Shown here: piece after piece, positions 1-8,178 of the stretch
Numbering within the stretch: position 1 is the stretch's first letter
Layout: every line of letters starts with the position of its first letter
The notes under the pieces: generated by a model
What the model saw: only the letters and a program-made list of their open reading frames with translations
The model's database searches: none
What the model was told of the DNA's origin: nothing
Program-made: the position numbers and the translations under genes
NCBI GenBank assembly: GCA_964519985.1
Contig: CAZFMF010000013.1
Location: 7,515 to 71,514 of the forward strand
Reading direction: 5' to 3'
Source: an uncultured Pseudobdellovibrionaceae bacterium
Lineage (GTDB): Bacteria > Bdellovibrionota > FAC87 > UBA2466
DNA length: 64,000 bases

Positions 1-802
1 GGAGCAAATTCGCCAGCAGCGAATAGAGCGGAATGGCCTTGGGGCCCGAATCAAACGTGCGGGGGAAAGCGGCGAAGTAATTCGAGGAAGGCAAAAGGCT
101 CACCGCCGAGGCGAAACCGGCGAAGGCGACCGCGGCGACCAGAACTCCCAGCGGAGCGAAGCGCCGCAGGAGGAGCGCGCGAAACGCGGCTTCAATCCCC
201 AGCGCCGGCACCGCGTAGAGAAAGAAATTGGGCTTGTAGTAGCCGCAGTAGAAGGTGAGCAGCGCCAAGCCGACGGCCACTCGGGCGAACCGTTTTTCGG
301 ATCGGTCGCAGAGCCGGTAGGAAAGGTAGAAATAAAGCGGCGTGAGCGTGTAAAACCCCAGCGTCACATGCCCCACCATGAAGCGGGCGACGATGAAGCC
401 TCCGCCGGCAAAAAGAAACGTGCCCCAAATACGGCCCGGGACGTCTACCTGCCAGCGCTTGAGCCACTGCCAAAGGCCCCAGCTGCCCAACGCCACTTGG
501 GCCAACATTTCCCAGCGTAAAACCAGGGCGGGGCCGAGGAGTCCCACGAGCGCCACCAAAGGATGAAAGATCGGGATCTGGGGATCGGCGCCGAGCGTTC
601 GTCCGCCGCAGAAGTAGGGGTTGTAGTCGGGCCAACCGGGCGAGGTCCGCCAGAACTTCCAGGCGATTTCGTAATACGTCGACAGATGGTTGTAGTCGAA
701 AGGGCCGACGAGAAAGGCCAATGCGCCGAAGTGCACCGCGTACAGCAGCGCCAGCAGGCCAACGGCCACGCACAAAATACGATTAACGTTAAACGTCTTC
801 AC
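1..802 (-). CDS. integral membrane protein, N-terminal part (gene runs off the left edge)
   Basis: Own translation of the minus strand from GTG at 802 gives VKTFNVNRILCVAVGLLALLYAVHFGALAF... with no stop to position 1 and several hydrophobic helices. It is absent from the ORF track because it is truncated by the window edge. Confidence 0.6.
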   Translation of the reverse strand, partial: MKTFNVNRILCVAVGLLALLYAVHFGALAFLVGPFDYNHLSTYYEIAWKFWRTSPGWPDYNPYFCGGRTLGADPQIPIFHPLVALVGLLGPALVLRWEMLAQVALGSWGLWQWLKRWQVDVPGRIWGTFLFAGGGFIVARFMVGHVTLGFYTLTPLYFYLSYRLCDRSEKRFARVAVGLALLTFYCGYYKPNFFLYAVPALGIEAAFRALLLRRFAPLGVLVAAVAFAGFASAVSLLPSSNYFAAFPRTFDSGPKAIPLYSLLANLL

Positions 803-908
803 GCCAAACGTATTGTGTCATCAGCGGGTGGGCGATGTCACCTTTGAGCGGGGCATTGCCATTCGGGGTCGGGTCTCGGTACCCTGAGGGTTTCCTCCGA
901 GGGCTTTC

Positions 909-1910
909 ATGAACGAATACTCCGATCTCTTGCCACGCACCAAAGACATCACTCGGCTCTTGCGATTGCATTCGGCGCCGTCGGTGGCGCCGCTGTTTGA
1001 GGCAACCTTGTTGCGCCCCATTGGAGACTTCCTGAACGCGTCCGGCAAGCGGTTACGGACTCAAATCTTGGACTTCGGATTTGATGCCGCCGATGCCGGT
1101 CGCACGCCGGCGGAAGTGGCGGCCGAACGTCGGGAAAAGGGCGCCTTCATTATCGAGGCCCTGCACGCGGCAAGCTTAGTTATCGACGATATCGAAGATG
1201 GCAGCTTGGAACGCCGGGGAGCGCCGACGTTGCACCGCCAGGTCGGAATGCCGGTGGCCTTGAATGCGGGCACTTGGTTGTATTTCTGGCCCCTGGAGAA
1301 GATCGCCAGCTGGGGTTTAACTCCGACGCAAGAGTTGCGGCTCTACCGCCTTTGCATCAATGCGCTTTTGCGGGCGCATTGCGGACAAGCGATTGATCTG
1401 GGAGTGGGGGTGGATACGCTGCCGCAAGAAAAAGTCTTGGAAACGAGTTTGGCTGCCATGGAGTTGAAGACGGGTGCTTTCATGGGGCTCGCGGCGGCAC
1501 TGGGGGGCGCGCTCGCGGATGCCGACGACCCGACGCTAGAATGGCTGCGCGACTTTGGGGTGGCGTTCGGAGTGGCATTGCAGATGTTCGACGATATTGG
1601 CAACCTCGCTAAACCGGGCTCCAAACAGTATGAAGACTTGAAGCTACGCCGCCCTTCCTGGATTTGGGCCTGCGCGGCCCAGGGATCGGGTCCGGAAGAC
1701 TACCAGGCCTTCCTAGAGGCCGTCTGGCGCCTTCCCGATGCCTCCGCGCTGGAGCTTTGGCTGCAGCAACAGGCGTTGGTGATTCGGGCGAAGAGTTTGG
1801 CGATTGAACATTTGGATCGTGCCTTCGGTCCTTTGGAAGAACGCCTGGGACCGGAACGGCTGACCTGGGTGAGGGAAGTGGGAGAACGGTTGAGAGAAGC
1901 TTACGAGTGA
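909..1910 (+). CDS. polyprenyl (trans-isoprenyl) diphosphate synthase family protein
   Basis: Two Asp-rich motifs, LVIDDIEDG and QMFDDIGNL. GAGGG Shine-Dalgarno sequence 5 nt upstream of the ATG. Confidence 0.85.
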   Translation: MNEYSDLLPRTKDITRLLRLHSAPSVAPLFEATLLRPIGDFLNASGKRLRTQILDFGFDAADAGRTPAEVAAERREKGAFIIEALHAASLVIDDIEDGSLERRGAPTLHRQVGMPVALNAGTWLYFWPLEKIASWGLTPTQELRLYRLCINALLRAHCGQAIDLGVGVDTLPQEKVLETSLAAMELKTGAFMGLAAALGGALADADDPTLEWLRDFGVAFGVALQMFDDIGNLAKPGSKQYEDLKLRRPSWIWACAAQGSGPEDYQAFLEAVWRLPDASALELWLQQQALVIRAKSLAIEHLDRAFGPLEERLGPERLTWVREVGERLREAYE

Positions 1911-1917
1911 GCCGTGC

Positions 1918-2202
1918 TTAGCGGCGTTGAAGGCAGCTGGCTTCGGCGGAGTCGGCGATCGCCGGAGCGTTCGCCTTGCCGCGCCATTTTACCGCGTGGG
2001 TTGCTAAGCGATCGCACAAGCAATCCACCGCGCGCGACGATAACGTCGACTCGGCGTAACGAAAAGTGCACTGGGTGTAGGTGATTTCGTAGAACGTCTC
2101 ATCGTCCGACGTTTCGATTTCATCGCTTTCGTCCCAAGCGTAAGCCGAGACCGGAAGCATGAGTCCCAAGAGCACAACCAACGTACCGATTAAGAACTTC
2201 AT
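1918..2202 (-). CDS. small exported protein, unknown function
   Basis: Start trimmed to MKFLIGTLVVLLGLMLPVSAYA (signal peptide) within ORF 1918..2319. Acidic, Cys-containing mature part. Confidence 0.5.
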   Translation of the reverse strand: MKFLIGTLVVLLGLMLPVSAYAWDESDEIETSDDETFYEITYTQCTFRYAESTLSSRAVDCLCDRLATHAVKWRGKANAPAIADSAEASCLQRR

Positions 2203-2237
2203 TTGAATCAACCTCGTAGGGGTCGATCTTAAGTGGA

Positions 2238-2252
2238 GCCAATTCCATGCCA
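2238..2252 (-). promoter_or_regulatory. weaker sigma-54-type promoter candidate (TGGCAT-N5-TGGCTC)
   Basis: Minus strand reads TTCTGGCATGGAATTGGCTCC. GG and GC are at the canonical spacing, about 35 nt upstream of the ATG at 2202. The -12 element is TGGC rather than TTGC. Confidence 0.35.
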
Positions 2253-2448
2253 GAAATTCGTGCGTGCGCTGGCGAAGTTTTTGTCGAACCCTTGGACGAC
2301 ATTGTGAAATCGCAATCATATTTGCGCTTTATCCCAGGCTTTTCTTCGACACTGCTTAATCTTGCGACGATTTCGCCCTTTTGCAAAGGCGCCGCGCGTA
2401 GTTAGCTCGGCTCGCTAGGCAAAAGCCGCCTAAAACTTCGACAGGGTT

Positions 2449-2925
2449 TTACAGTCGTTTGGGCTTGCCGAGGGCGAGAATTTTTTCAAACTCTTTTTCC
2501 GTGACGGGTTGTACGCTGAGGCGGGCGCCTTTCTGCAGGACCATCATTTTGGCCAAAGCTGGCTGTTCCTTAAGCATCGAACGGGTCACGGGGACTTGAA
2601 AACGATCGGTCGCTTGCACGTCGACCATCACCCACGGGTTTACGCCCTTTTTCTTGGCGTCGGGATCAAAGTAACCGCTTTTGGGATCCATCGCTTTACC
2701 GTCGGGATAGCCTTCCCGAACGACTTGTGCGAGGCCTTCGATAACGGGATCGTCGATTCCGCTGTGGTAGACGAGGACGCGGTCGCCGTTCTTAAAATCA
2801 TCCCGCATGAGATTGCGCGCTTTGTAATTGCGCACGCCTTCCCAGGCGGTGGTGCGTTGAGGCGCCCGAGTCAGATCATCGAAGGAAAAAACCGAAGGCT
2901 CTGTTTTCATCAACCAATAGCGCAT
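2449..2925 (-). CDS. EVE (PUA-like) domain protein
   Basis: MRYWLMKTEPSVFSFDDL...WEGVRNYKARNLMRD...GDRVLVYHS is the typical EVE/DUF55 N-terminus and length. Confidence 0.85.
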   Translation of the reverse strand: MRYWLMKTEPSVFSFDDLTRAPQRTTAWEGVRNYKARNLMRDDFKNGDRVLVYHSGIDDPVIEGLAQVVREGYPDGKAMDPKSGYFDPDAKKKGVNPWVMVDVQATDRFQVPVTRSMLKEQPALAKMMVLQKGARLSVQPVTEKEFEKILALGKPKRL

Positions 2926-2998
2926 AAGTTTTGGGCGTCTGCCCCCGTCGTAGAAATCGCTCCGCTAGAATACACTCGACGTCCGGGCACAAAGTTCA

Positions 2999-3014
2999 GG
3001 GCATACCCATTGCA
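2999..3014 (+). promoter_or_regulatory. sigma-54-type promoter candidate (GGGCAT-N5-TTGCAC)
   Basis: GG at 3000-3001 and GC at 3012-3013 with canonical spacing, 42 nt upstream of the ATG at 3055. Confidence 0.45.
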
Positions 3015-3054
3015 CAGTCAAGGGCCAAAGCGGATTGCGTTTGTGGGAGGTTCT

Positions 3055-3414
3055 ATGCGCACGTTGATGTGGATGCTTTCGTTAGGTCTCGTATTGTCCG
3101 GCAGTGTTTCCAATGCCGGCGGCGGCCATGGTTACGGTCCGAAACATTCGGGCAGCGGGTACCCGGCCTGTACGATCCAGTACTGCCCTCCGGCATATCC
3201 AATCTACGGATACAGTTACTACCCTTACTACCGGACGAACCGCCGGTTCTCGATCCAAGTCAGCTGGGGCGGGGGCTACGGCGGGTATGGTTTCGGTTAT
3301 GGCGGGTACGGTGGCTATGGTTACGGCTATCGTCCTTACAATCCCTATCCGACGTATCAATCCAATTTCAGCGGCGTGACCTACCTGCCATTCGGCAGCG
3401 TAATGTACTACTAA
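3055..3414 (+). CDS. exported Gly/Tyr-rich small protein (paralog of 55249..55689)
   Basis: GGGAGG Shine-Dalgarno sequence at 3045-3050 and signal peptide MRTLMWMLSLGLVLSGSVSNA. The mature part is GY-rich (GGGYGGYGFGYGGYGGYGYGYRPYNPYP). Confidence 0.7.
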   Translation: MRTLMWMLSLGLVLSGSVSNAGGGHGYGPKHSGSGYPACTIQYCPPAYPIYGYSYYPYYRTNRRFSIQVSWGGGYGGYGFGYGGYGGYGYGYRPYNPYPTYQSNFSGVTYLPFGSVMYY

Positions 3415-3677
3415 CGTCCGTCCCGACTGCGGCGGCGTGGGGAATCGGTGCCGCGGGTGTCGCGACCCACGCCCCCGAAAAACACCTCCGAAGCATCGAG
3501 GTTGTTTTGGGCTGAAGGGGCGGCGCCGCGCGTGCCGCTCGATGCGGCGGACCCTGGATTGCTTGCCGCTTGCGCCGCCTGCATTTCGCGCAGCAGGTGT
3601 TCGCGGTGTTTGACCGGGTCGGAACAGGCGATTGCGAGCGACGGGACGAGCAATAGGGCGATCAAAACCAGTTTCAT
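3411..3677 (-). CDS. small lipoprotein, unknown function
   Basis: MKLVLIALLLVPSLAIAC lipobox, GGAGGGG Shine-Dalgarno sequence, and a strong sigma-54 promoter immediately upstream. Confidence 0.55.
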   Translation of the reverse strand: MKLVLIALLLVPSLAIACSDPVKHREHLLREMQAAQAASNPGSAASSGTRGAAPSAQNNLDASEVFFGGVGRDTRGTDSPRRRSRDGR

Positions 3678-3699
3678 GGGCCCCTCCAACCCTTTTTAA

Positions 3700-3716
3700 G
3701 AGCAACACTAATGCCA
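3700..3716 (-). promoter_or_regulatory. sigma-54 (-24/-12) promoter, TGGCAT-N5-TTGCTC
   Basis: Minus strand reads GCGGTGGCATTAGTGTTGCTCTT. It is intergenic and about 25 nt upstream of the ATG at 3677. Confidence 0.7.
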
Positions 3717-3846
3717 CCGCACTTAAGCCGTATTCCCGGCGTGGACTCGCACGGCCTTTCGGCGCGTGGGTGAACAGCCTCCAGCCAGCTTGCGCGGGAC
3801 TTTACAAATCCAGCCCGCTTGGCGAGACTCCTTTTTCCGATTTATC

Positions 3847-3929
3847 GGAGGGTTAGTCTAATTGGTAAGGCACCGCATTCGAAATGCGGCGCGGGAAACC
3901 GCTTGAGAGTTCGAGTCTCTCACCCTCCG
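3847..3929 (+). tRNA. tRNA-Ser (anticodon CGA), class II with long variable arm
   Basis: Hand-folded cloverleaf: acceptor GGAGGGT/ACCCTCC, anticodon stem CCGCA/TGCGG with loop TTCGAAA, variable arm GCGG-GAAA-CCGC, T arm GAGAG-TTCGAGT-CTCTC. Confidence 0.9.
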
Positions 3930-3930
3930 C

Positions 3931-3957
3931 GTTCATTTCGCCGAAGGCGAAATGAAC
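3931..3957 (+). terminator. perfect 12-bp hairpin directly after tRNA-Ser
   Basis: GTTCATTTCGCC-GAA-GGCGAAATGAAC. No U-tract follows. It is followed by an AT-rich imperfect palindrome (about 3963-3994, centred on CCTTAAGG). Confidence 0.5.
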
Positions 3958-4037
3958 CCTTAACGATTAATCCTTAAGGCTTAATCATTAAACCTCCAGC
4001 GGCGTAGCCGCTCCAAGGTCTTCTCAGCATTTGGCTT

Positions 4038-5333
4038 TCAAAAAAACCCCGAAATATCCCAAACGCTCCCATTCACATAAACCTGGTTCGGATTCTGCCA
4101 GCTGACTTGGACTCTCCGGATATCTTCCGGAGGAACAATCAAACCCAGCGGCCGGCCGTCGGTAGTCGACCAGAAAGCCACGGACCGATTTTGTGCGGTT
4201 GTCCAAAAATAACTTCCATCGGGAGAAAATTTTCCAAACTTGGCGGAAGCCCGGATCAACGTCGGTTGGTTTCCGGGCGACTCGATCGAAAACCGCGTCG
4301 TACCTTCCGCGAGATTGAGCAGGTGCGCCTGGTCTTCGATTTCGAGTAGGAAAAGATCTCGCGAAGTCGGGTGGTGAGAAACAAATGTCCGGTCGGGGTC
4401 TATTTCACCCCGGGAGGAGCGGAGATCAAAGGTGACGGTTTCCGCCGGAGCCTGCAGCCGATGAAGGTGGAGTTGGGCGTCGGAAGTGAAAAAAACGAGA
4501 ACCGCTTCATCGACGTGCAAAAATTTGGACCGGGGCGGCGCCTCCCAGACGGTGTTTCCCTGCAGATCGAGCATTTTAAGGGCTTGCGAGTTTTCCGCAA
4601 TGAACGCGTCTGTCCCCGGCACCTTTCGAAAATCCTCAAACGGTTCGGAACCACTCCGAAAGCAGGATCGGAGCGAGGGTGCCGAGTTTTGTATTTTGTA
4701 GATGCAGATCAGGTGGCCGCCTTGGTCAAAGGGGAGTGGATAGAAAAAGGCAAAATGGTCATCGGCCAGATAGGCTACGCGTTCGATCGCGTAGAAGGCC
4801 GTTCCGACCGTAACCCCAAATCGGGCCAAGTCTTTTGCCGTCGGGGCAAATAGCTTGCTCTCCAGATAACGTTTCTCCCGATCCACTCCTACGTTCCAGT
4901 GCAGCGCCGGCTGAAGGGAGGCCGTCTCTTGCGGCAGGGGCTGATAGGTACTCCAATGGTTTGCGATCGATTGCCGGGCGGCGATCACATGGTCGTTGTT
5001 CACGTGTCCCGCGTGAAATCCGACCGGGGCCCCAAAAAAGTCGCTCTGGCGATCGGGATGGAAGCGCTTCTTTTCCTGCTTTTCATTGAGTTGAAGGATA
5101 CGCCGGTACCCTGAGGAGATGAGCACTAGCTCTCGGCCGTCCCGAAAGAGAAACTCACTGAGATCCGTAGCGATGGAGTAGCCGCCGCCTGCCGGTCCGC
5201 CGTTAGAAATCGGTTTTCCAAGCAAGAGCCGATGCACGCAGCTATCGCCAAGCACAATGCGGCGAGGGCCATTGGCCCAAACGGCCCCCGCGGCCAAAAA
5301 CGCGAAAGCAACCAGAGCGAAACTTACCCGCAC
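4038..5333 (-). CDS. exported protein, unknown function; possible beta-propeller-like C-terminus
   Basis: GTG start with GGAGG Shine-Dalgarno sequence and signal peptide MRVSFALVAFAFLAAGAVWA. The C-terminal FSPDGSYFW...AFWSTTDGRPLG resembles WD40/TolB-type repeats (weak). Confidence 0.7.
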   Translation of the reverse strand: MRVSFALVAFAFLAAGAVWANGPRRIVLGDSCVHRLLLGKPISNGGPAGGGYSIATDLSEFLFRDGRELVLISSGYRRILQLNEKQEKKRFHPDRQSDFFGAPVGFHAGHVNNDHVIAARQSIANHWSTYQPLPQETASLQPALHWNVGVDREKRYLESKLFAPTAKDLARFGVTVGTAFYAIERVAYLADDHFAFFYPLPFDQGGHLICIYKIQNSAPSLRSCFRSGSEPFEDFRKVPGTDAFIAENSQALKMLDLQGNTVWEAPPRSKFLHVDEAVLVFFTSDAQLHLHRLQAPAETVTFDLRSSRGEIDPDRTFVSHHPTSRDLFLLEIEDQAHLLNLAEGTTRFSIESPGNQPTLIRASAKFGKFSPDGSYFWTTAQNRSVAFWSTTDGRPLGLIVPPEDIRRVQVSWQNPNQVYVNGSVWDISGFF

Positions 5334-5423
5334 CGAACCTCCGAAGGAACTTCGGCTATATCAGGTCGCTTGTCGAAACTCTAGAAGGGATACCTCCACT
5401 CTGGCGCCGGAGCAGAACGCAGT

Positions 5424-6404
5424 CTAGCGAACCTTTCTTAGGATCAAGAGCGTATCCACGCCGTAGAAGCGCGTTTCCGGTGGCGCAATGAGGGCAAAGC
5501 CCGCTTTGTGCGCGAGGGAAATGAGTTCGGGTTGGCTGAGAAACGGAGCGGTTTGTCCGGCCAACACCTTGCAATTGACCTCGGTATAAAGGGCGACATC
5601 GAATTGCGTCATCGGCGAACGGTGGTAAGCCGCACTGCCCACCACTTGCTTGAGATGTCCCCGCAGAGCCTCGGCCGATTGATGCGTGGCGCAGGGATCG
5701 TTGAGCACGAGCACTCCGCCCGGTTTCAGAATGGAATGCAGGTTTTTCAGAAACGCCAGTTTCCGGCTCTTATCGCCCAAAGTATAAAGGACGTTGTTCA
5801 GAACGATTCCTTCGGCCGAGTTTCCGGACGCAAGATTTCCATTCAAGTTTGCCGAGATGGTGGTGAGGCGGGCATCGACTTTAAAACGCCCGGCGGTCTG
5901 GCGGGCAATGCGTCGCGCCTGCGCGCTCATATCAAACAGTTTCACCTTACGCTGAGAACCCAAACAAAGTAGTGCGGTCGAGAAATTGCCGGTGCCTCCG
6001 CCGCAATCATAGATCGTTCCGGTTTTGGGAAGGTGCCGCGAAGCCTCGAGCAGCAGGGAGATGTAACCATGAGACATGCCCTCAATCGCGTTGTAGCACC
6101 GCTGAAAGTAGAGGTTCCAAAGGCGTGGGGATTGGGGGCCGCCCAATTGATCGATCACCCGCGCCACTTCGGCCCGTAGTTTTCGACTCGCAAAAACCTC
6201 TTCCAGTACCCGGTCCACCTGCGCGGAGCTGACCCGGTTTTTCGACTTAATGACTTCGCTCTTCCAGGAAAAGGGGGTCGATTCGCTGACCAAGTCCCGC
6301 ATCTGACGGGCATACCGTTCAGAGAACTGCTCCGCGATGGATTGCGGGCGTGGCTGCAATCCCGATAACGCGAATGACTTGGTTTTTTGAAAACTAAAGA
6401 GCAT
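5424..6404 (-). CDS. class I SAM-dependent methyltransferase
   Basis: Motif I IYDCGGGTGNFSTAL and post-I/II pattern LVLNDP. GGAGGA Shine-Dalgarno sequence. Confidence 0.85.
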   Translation of the reverse strand: MLFSFQKTKSFALSGLQPRPQSIAEQFSERYARQMRDLVSESTPFSWKSEVIKSKNRVSSAQVDRVLEEVFASRKLRAEVARVIDQLGGPQSPRLWNLYFQRCYNAIEGMSHGYISLLLEASRHLPKTGTIYDCGGGTGNFSTALLCLGSQRKVKLFDMSAQARRIARQTAGRFKVDARLTTISANLNGNLASGNSAEGIVLNNVLYTLGDKSRKLAFLKNLHSILKPGGVLVLNDPCATHQSAEALRGHLKQVVGSAAYHRSPMTQFDVALYTEVNCKVLAGQTAPFLSQPELISLAHKAGFALIAPPETRFYGVDTLLILRKVR

Positions 6405-6553
6405 TGACCGTCCTCCGGGGTGCCCATTTGCAATCCCGGGACCGCAAGTTTACGCACGCGTTTGCGTCCAAGGGGTCGGTCAGCGCCAAATCTGGGCTGC
6501 CGGCCCTTGGCCTACGACCCAAAAGGGTCAGTGCTTGCCCGGAGTGCAGCGCG

Positions 6554-7996
6554 CTACTCGGGAAGGGAAAGCCAATCGGTTTGCGCCATGGCGCCTTCCA
6601 GCGCGCCCGCCAATTGGGCAATCCGTTTGGGGCAGGGGCGAGAGCGCTTGCTACCAATGAGTTCACGCGTCTGGATCATTTCGACGATTCGCCCGACATC
6701 GTGGCGGATATCCGCACGGCTTCCTACGAAATGCGCTAAGGCAGCGGCGGAGTTTTGATCCTGGGTTCTCATCACCGGCGCATTCGGCTTCAGGGAGTAC
6801 TGGGCGCTCGGCCGGAAGTAGGTCTTGAGCGATTCCAGCGATTGGACGCCCGAGGGCAGCAAGAACCCGTCGTGGGCGGAGGGGATGACCACGATCAGAC
6901 CACCGGTTTTCTGCGGGCGGGGGTACTGGTCCATCTCGCGGCGAAGTGCGTCGGGGTCTAGGATGGAAAGCAGGTGAAGCTCCATCTGGCTCATCCCGTA
7001 GACTTCTCGTTCGAGCGCCGGCACGCCGGCCCCGGCGATGCGCACATTGTTTTCAAGCAGGTAAATCTTGCCGGTTCCTTCTTCGATGATGAATTCGATA
7101 TGGGCGGCGCCGTGGGTGACTTCCATGCGGCGGTTGATCTCTCGCGCCGCCGGTTCGAGCCGGCGGGCCTCTTCCGAAGTCAGACTGAGGAACGGATCAA
7201 AGAAGTAGAGCGTCGTACCATTCCAATCGACCATGAAATACTCGGAAAGGCCGGTGACGACGGTTTTTCCTTCGAAGGTGTAGGTATCGATAAAAAACTT
7301 TCGTCCCCGAATGCGGGGCTGAATGACAAACGTATCCTCCCGACCAAAGGGCCCCATTTTCGAACCTTCGAGCTTGGCTTTGAGCTTCGCTCGGAGGTGT
7401 CGATCGCGCTTGGAAAAGAACTCCATGCCCACGCCGGACACACCGTCGTTAAACTTCACGACGATTTCGTCTTGGGGAAAAGTCTGAATAAAGCGCATTG
7501 CTTTGTCGACCGTGGTCAAAGGCTCGGTGGGAATGCCAAAATCCTTCCCGGCCACTTCCATCTGCCGATCTTTTTTCTTTCGCTCCTCCCGCATTCGCAG
7601 GGAGTTGTGGGGTAGGCCAAGCCGCTCGCCGATCGCGGTTGCCTGATAGCTGCCCTCGTCCATGCCCTCTAAAACACGATCAATGCCCAGAGCTCGAAAA
7701 TCGCTCTCTACCTGGTCAAGCCAACCCACCGCCCTCGGATCGTACCGCAAGCGCGGGCTAGCGGCGGGGAAAGCGGAGAGGTAGCTGCTTTGTGCATCAC
7801 TGTAGGCGTGGGTCTGGACCAGAAACCACTCGATCTCAAACTGGGTCTTATACTTCTCGGCAACCAGCGGATAGAGCGATGCGGAGCTGTAGCAATCGAT
7901 GCAGGCGATTTTGATTTTCTGGGCGGCGTGGGCGGAACCCGCCAAGGCAAGAAATCCCCAGAGAAGCCACCCACCCATTTTCAACGCAATCGACAT
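6554..7996 (-). CDS. ATP-grasp domain protein with N-terminal signal-peptide-like segment
   Basis: Central/C-terminal ATP-grasp pattern (VVKFNDGVSGVGMEFF..., HIEFIIEEGTGKIYLLENNVRIAG). The N-terminus MSIALKMGGWLLWGFLALAGSAHA-AQ looks Sec-cleavable. Confidence 0.8.
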   Translation of the reverse strand: MSIALKMGGWLLWGFLALAGSAHAAQKIKIACIDCYSSASLYPLVAEKYKTQFEIEWFLVQTHAYSDAQSSYLSAFPAASPRLRYDPRAVGWLDQVESDFRALGIDRVLEGMDEGSYQATAIGERLGLPHNSLRMREERKKKDRQMEVAGKDFGIPTEPLTTVDKAMRFIQTFPQDEIVVKFNDGVSGVGMEFFSKRDRHLRAKLKAKLEGSKMGPFGREDTFVIQPRIRGRKFFIDTYTFEGKTVVTGLSEYFMVDWNGTTLYFFDPFLSLTSEEARRLEPAAREINRRMEVTHGAAHIEFIIEEGTGKIYLLENNVRIAGAGVPALEREVYGMSQMELHLLSILDPDALRREMDQYPRPQKTGGLIVVIPSAHDGFLLPSGVQSLESLKTYFRPSAQYSLKPNAPVMRTQDQNSAAALAHFVGSRADIRHDVGRIVEMIQTRELIGSKRSRPCPKRIAQLAGALEGAMAQTDWLSLPE

Positions 7997-8178
7997 TGAA
8001 GGCGGGTTTTTAACACAGGCGCGGGTATTGAGTCTACCGAGGGAATGTAACTCCTTGACGGCATTGTCGAAAGTCCGGTGGTTCCCATCGGGGTAAACTT
8101 TGTGAAATTTCCCGCCGCAATCCCTTTCTCGCTCAAGTCCTACCCCCCGCCCACCGAGACTTCACAAGGGGGATCGCG

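Noticed and set aside
873-884. 12-nt repeat GGTACCCTGAGG at 873 and 5105.
   Set aside because: Exact 12-mer sharing is expected many times by chance in 2 x 64 kb, and there is no extended similarity around it.
4838-4856. Sigma-54-like string GGGCAA-N5-TTGCTC on the plus strand.
   Set aside because: It lies inside, and antisense to, the coding region of 4038..5333, with no downstream plus-strand gene. The -24 hexamer has two mismatches. Most likely chance.
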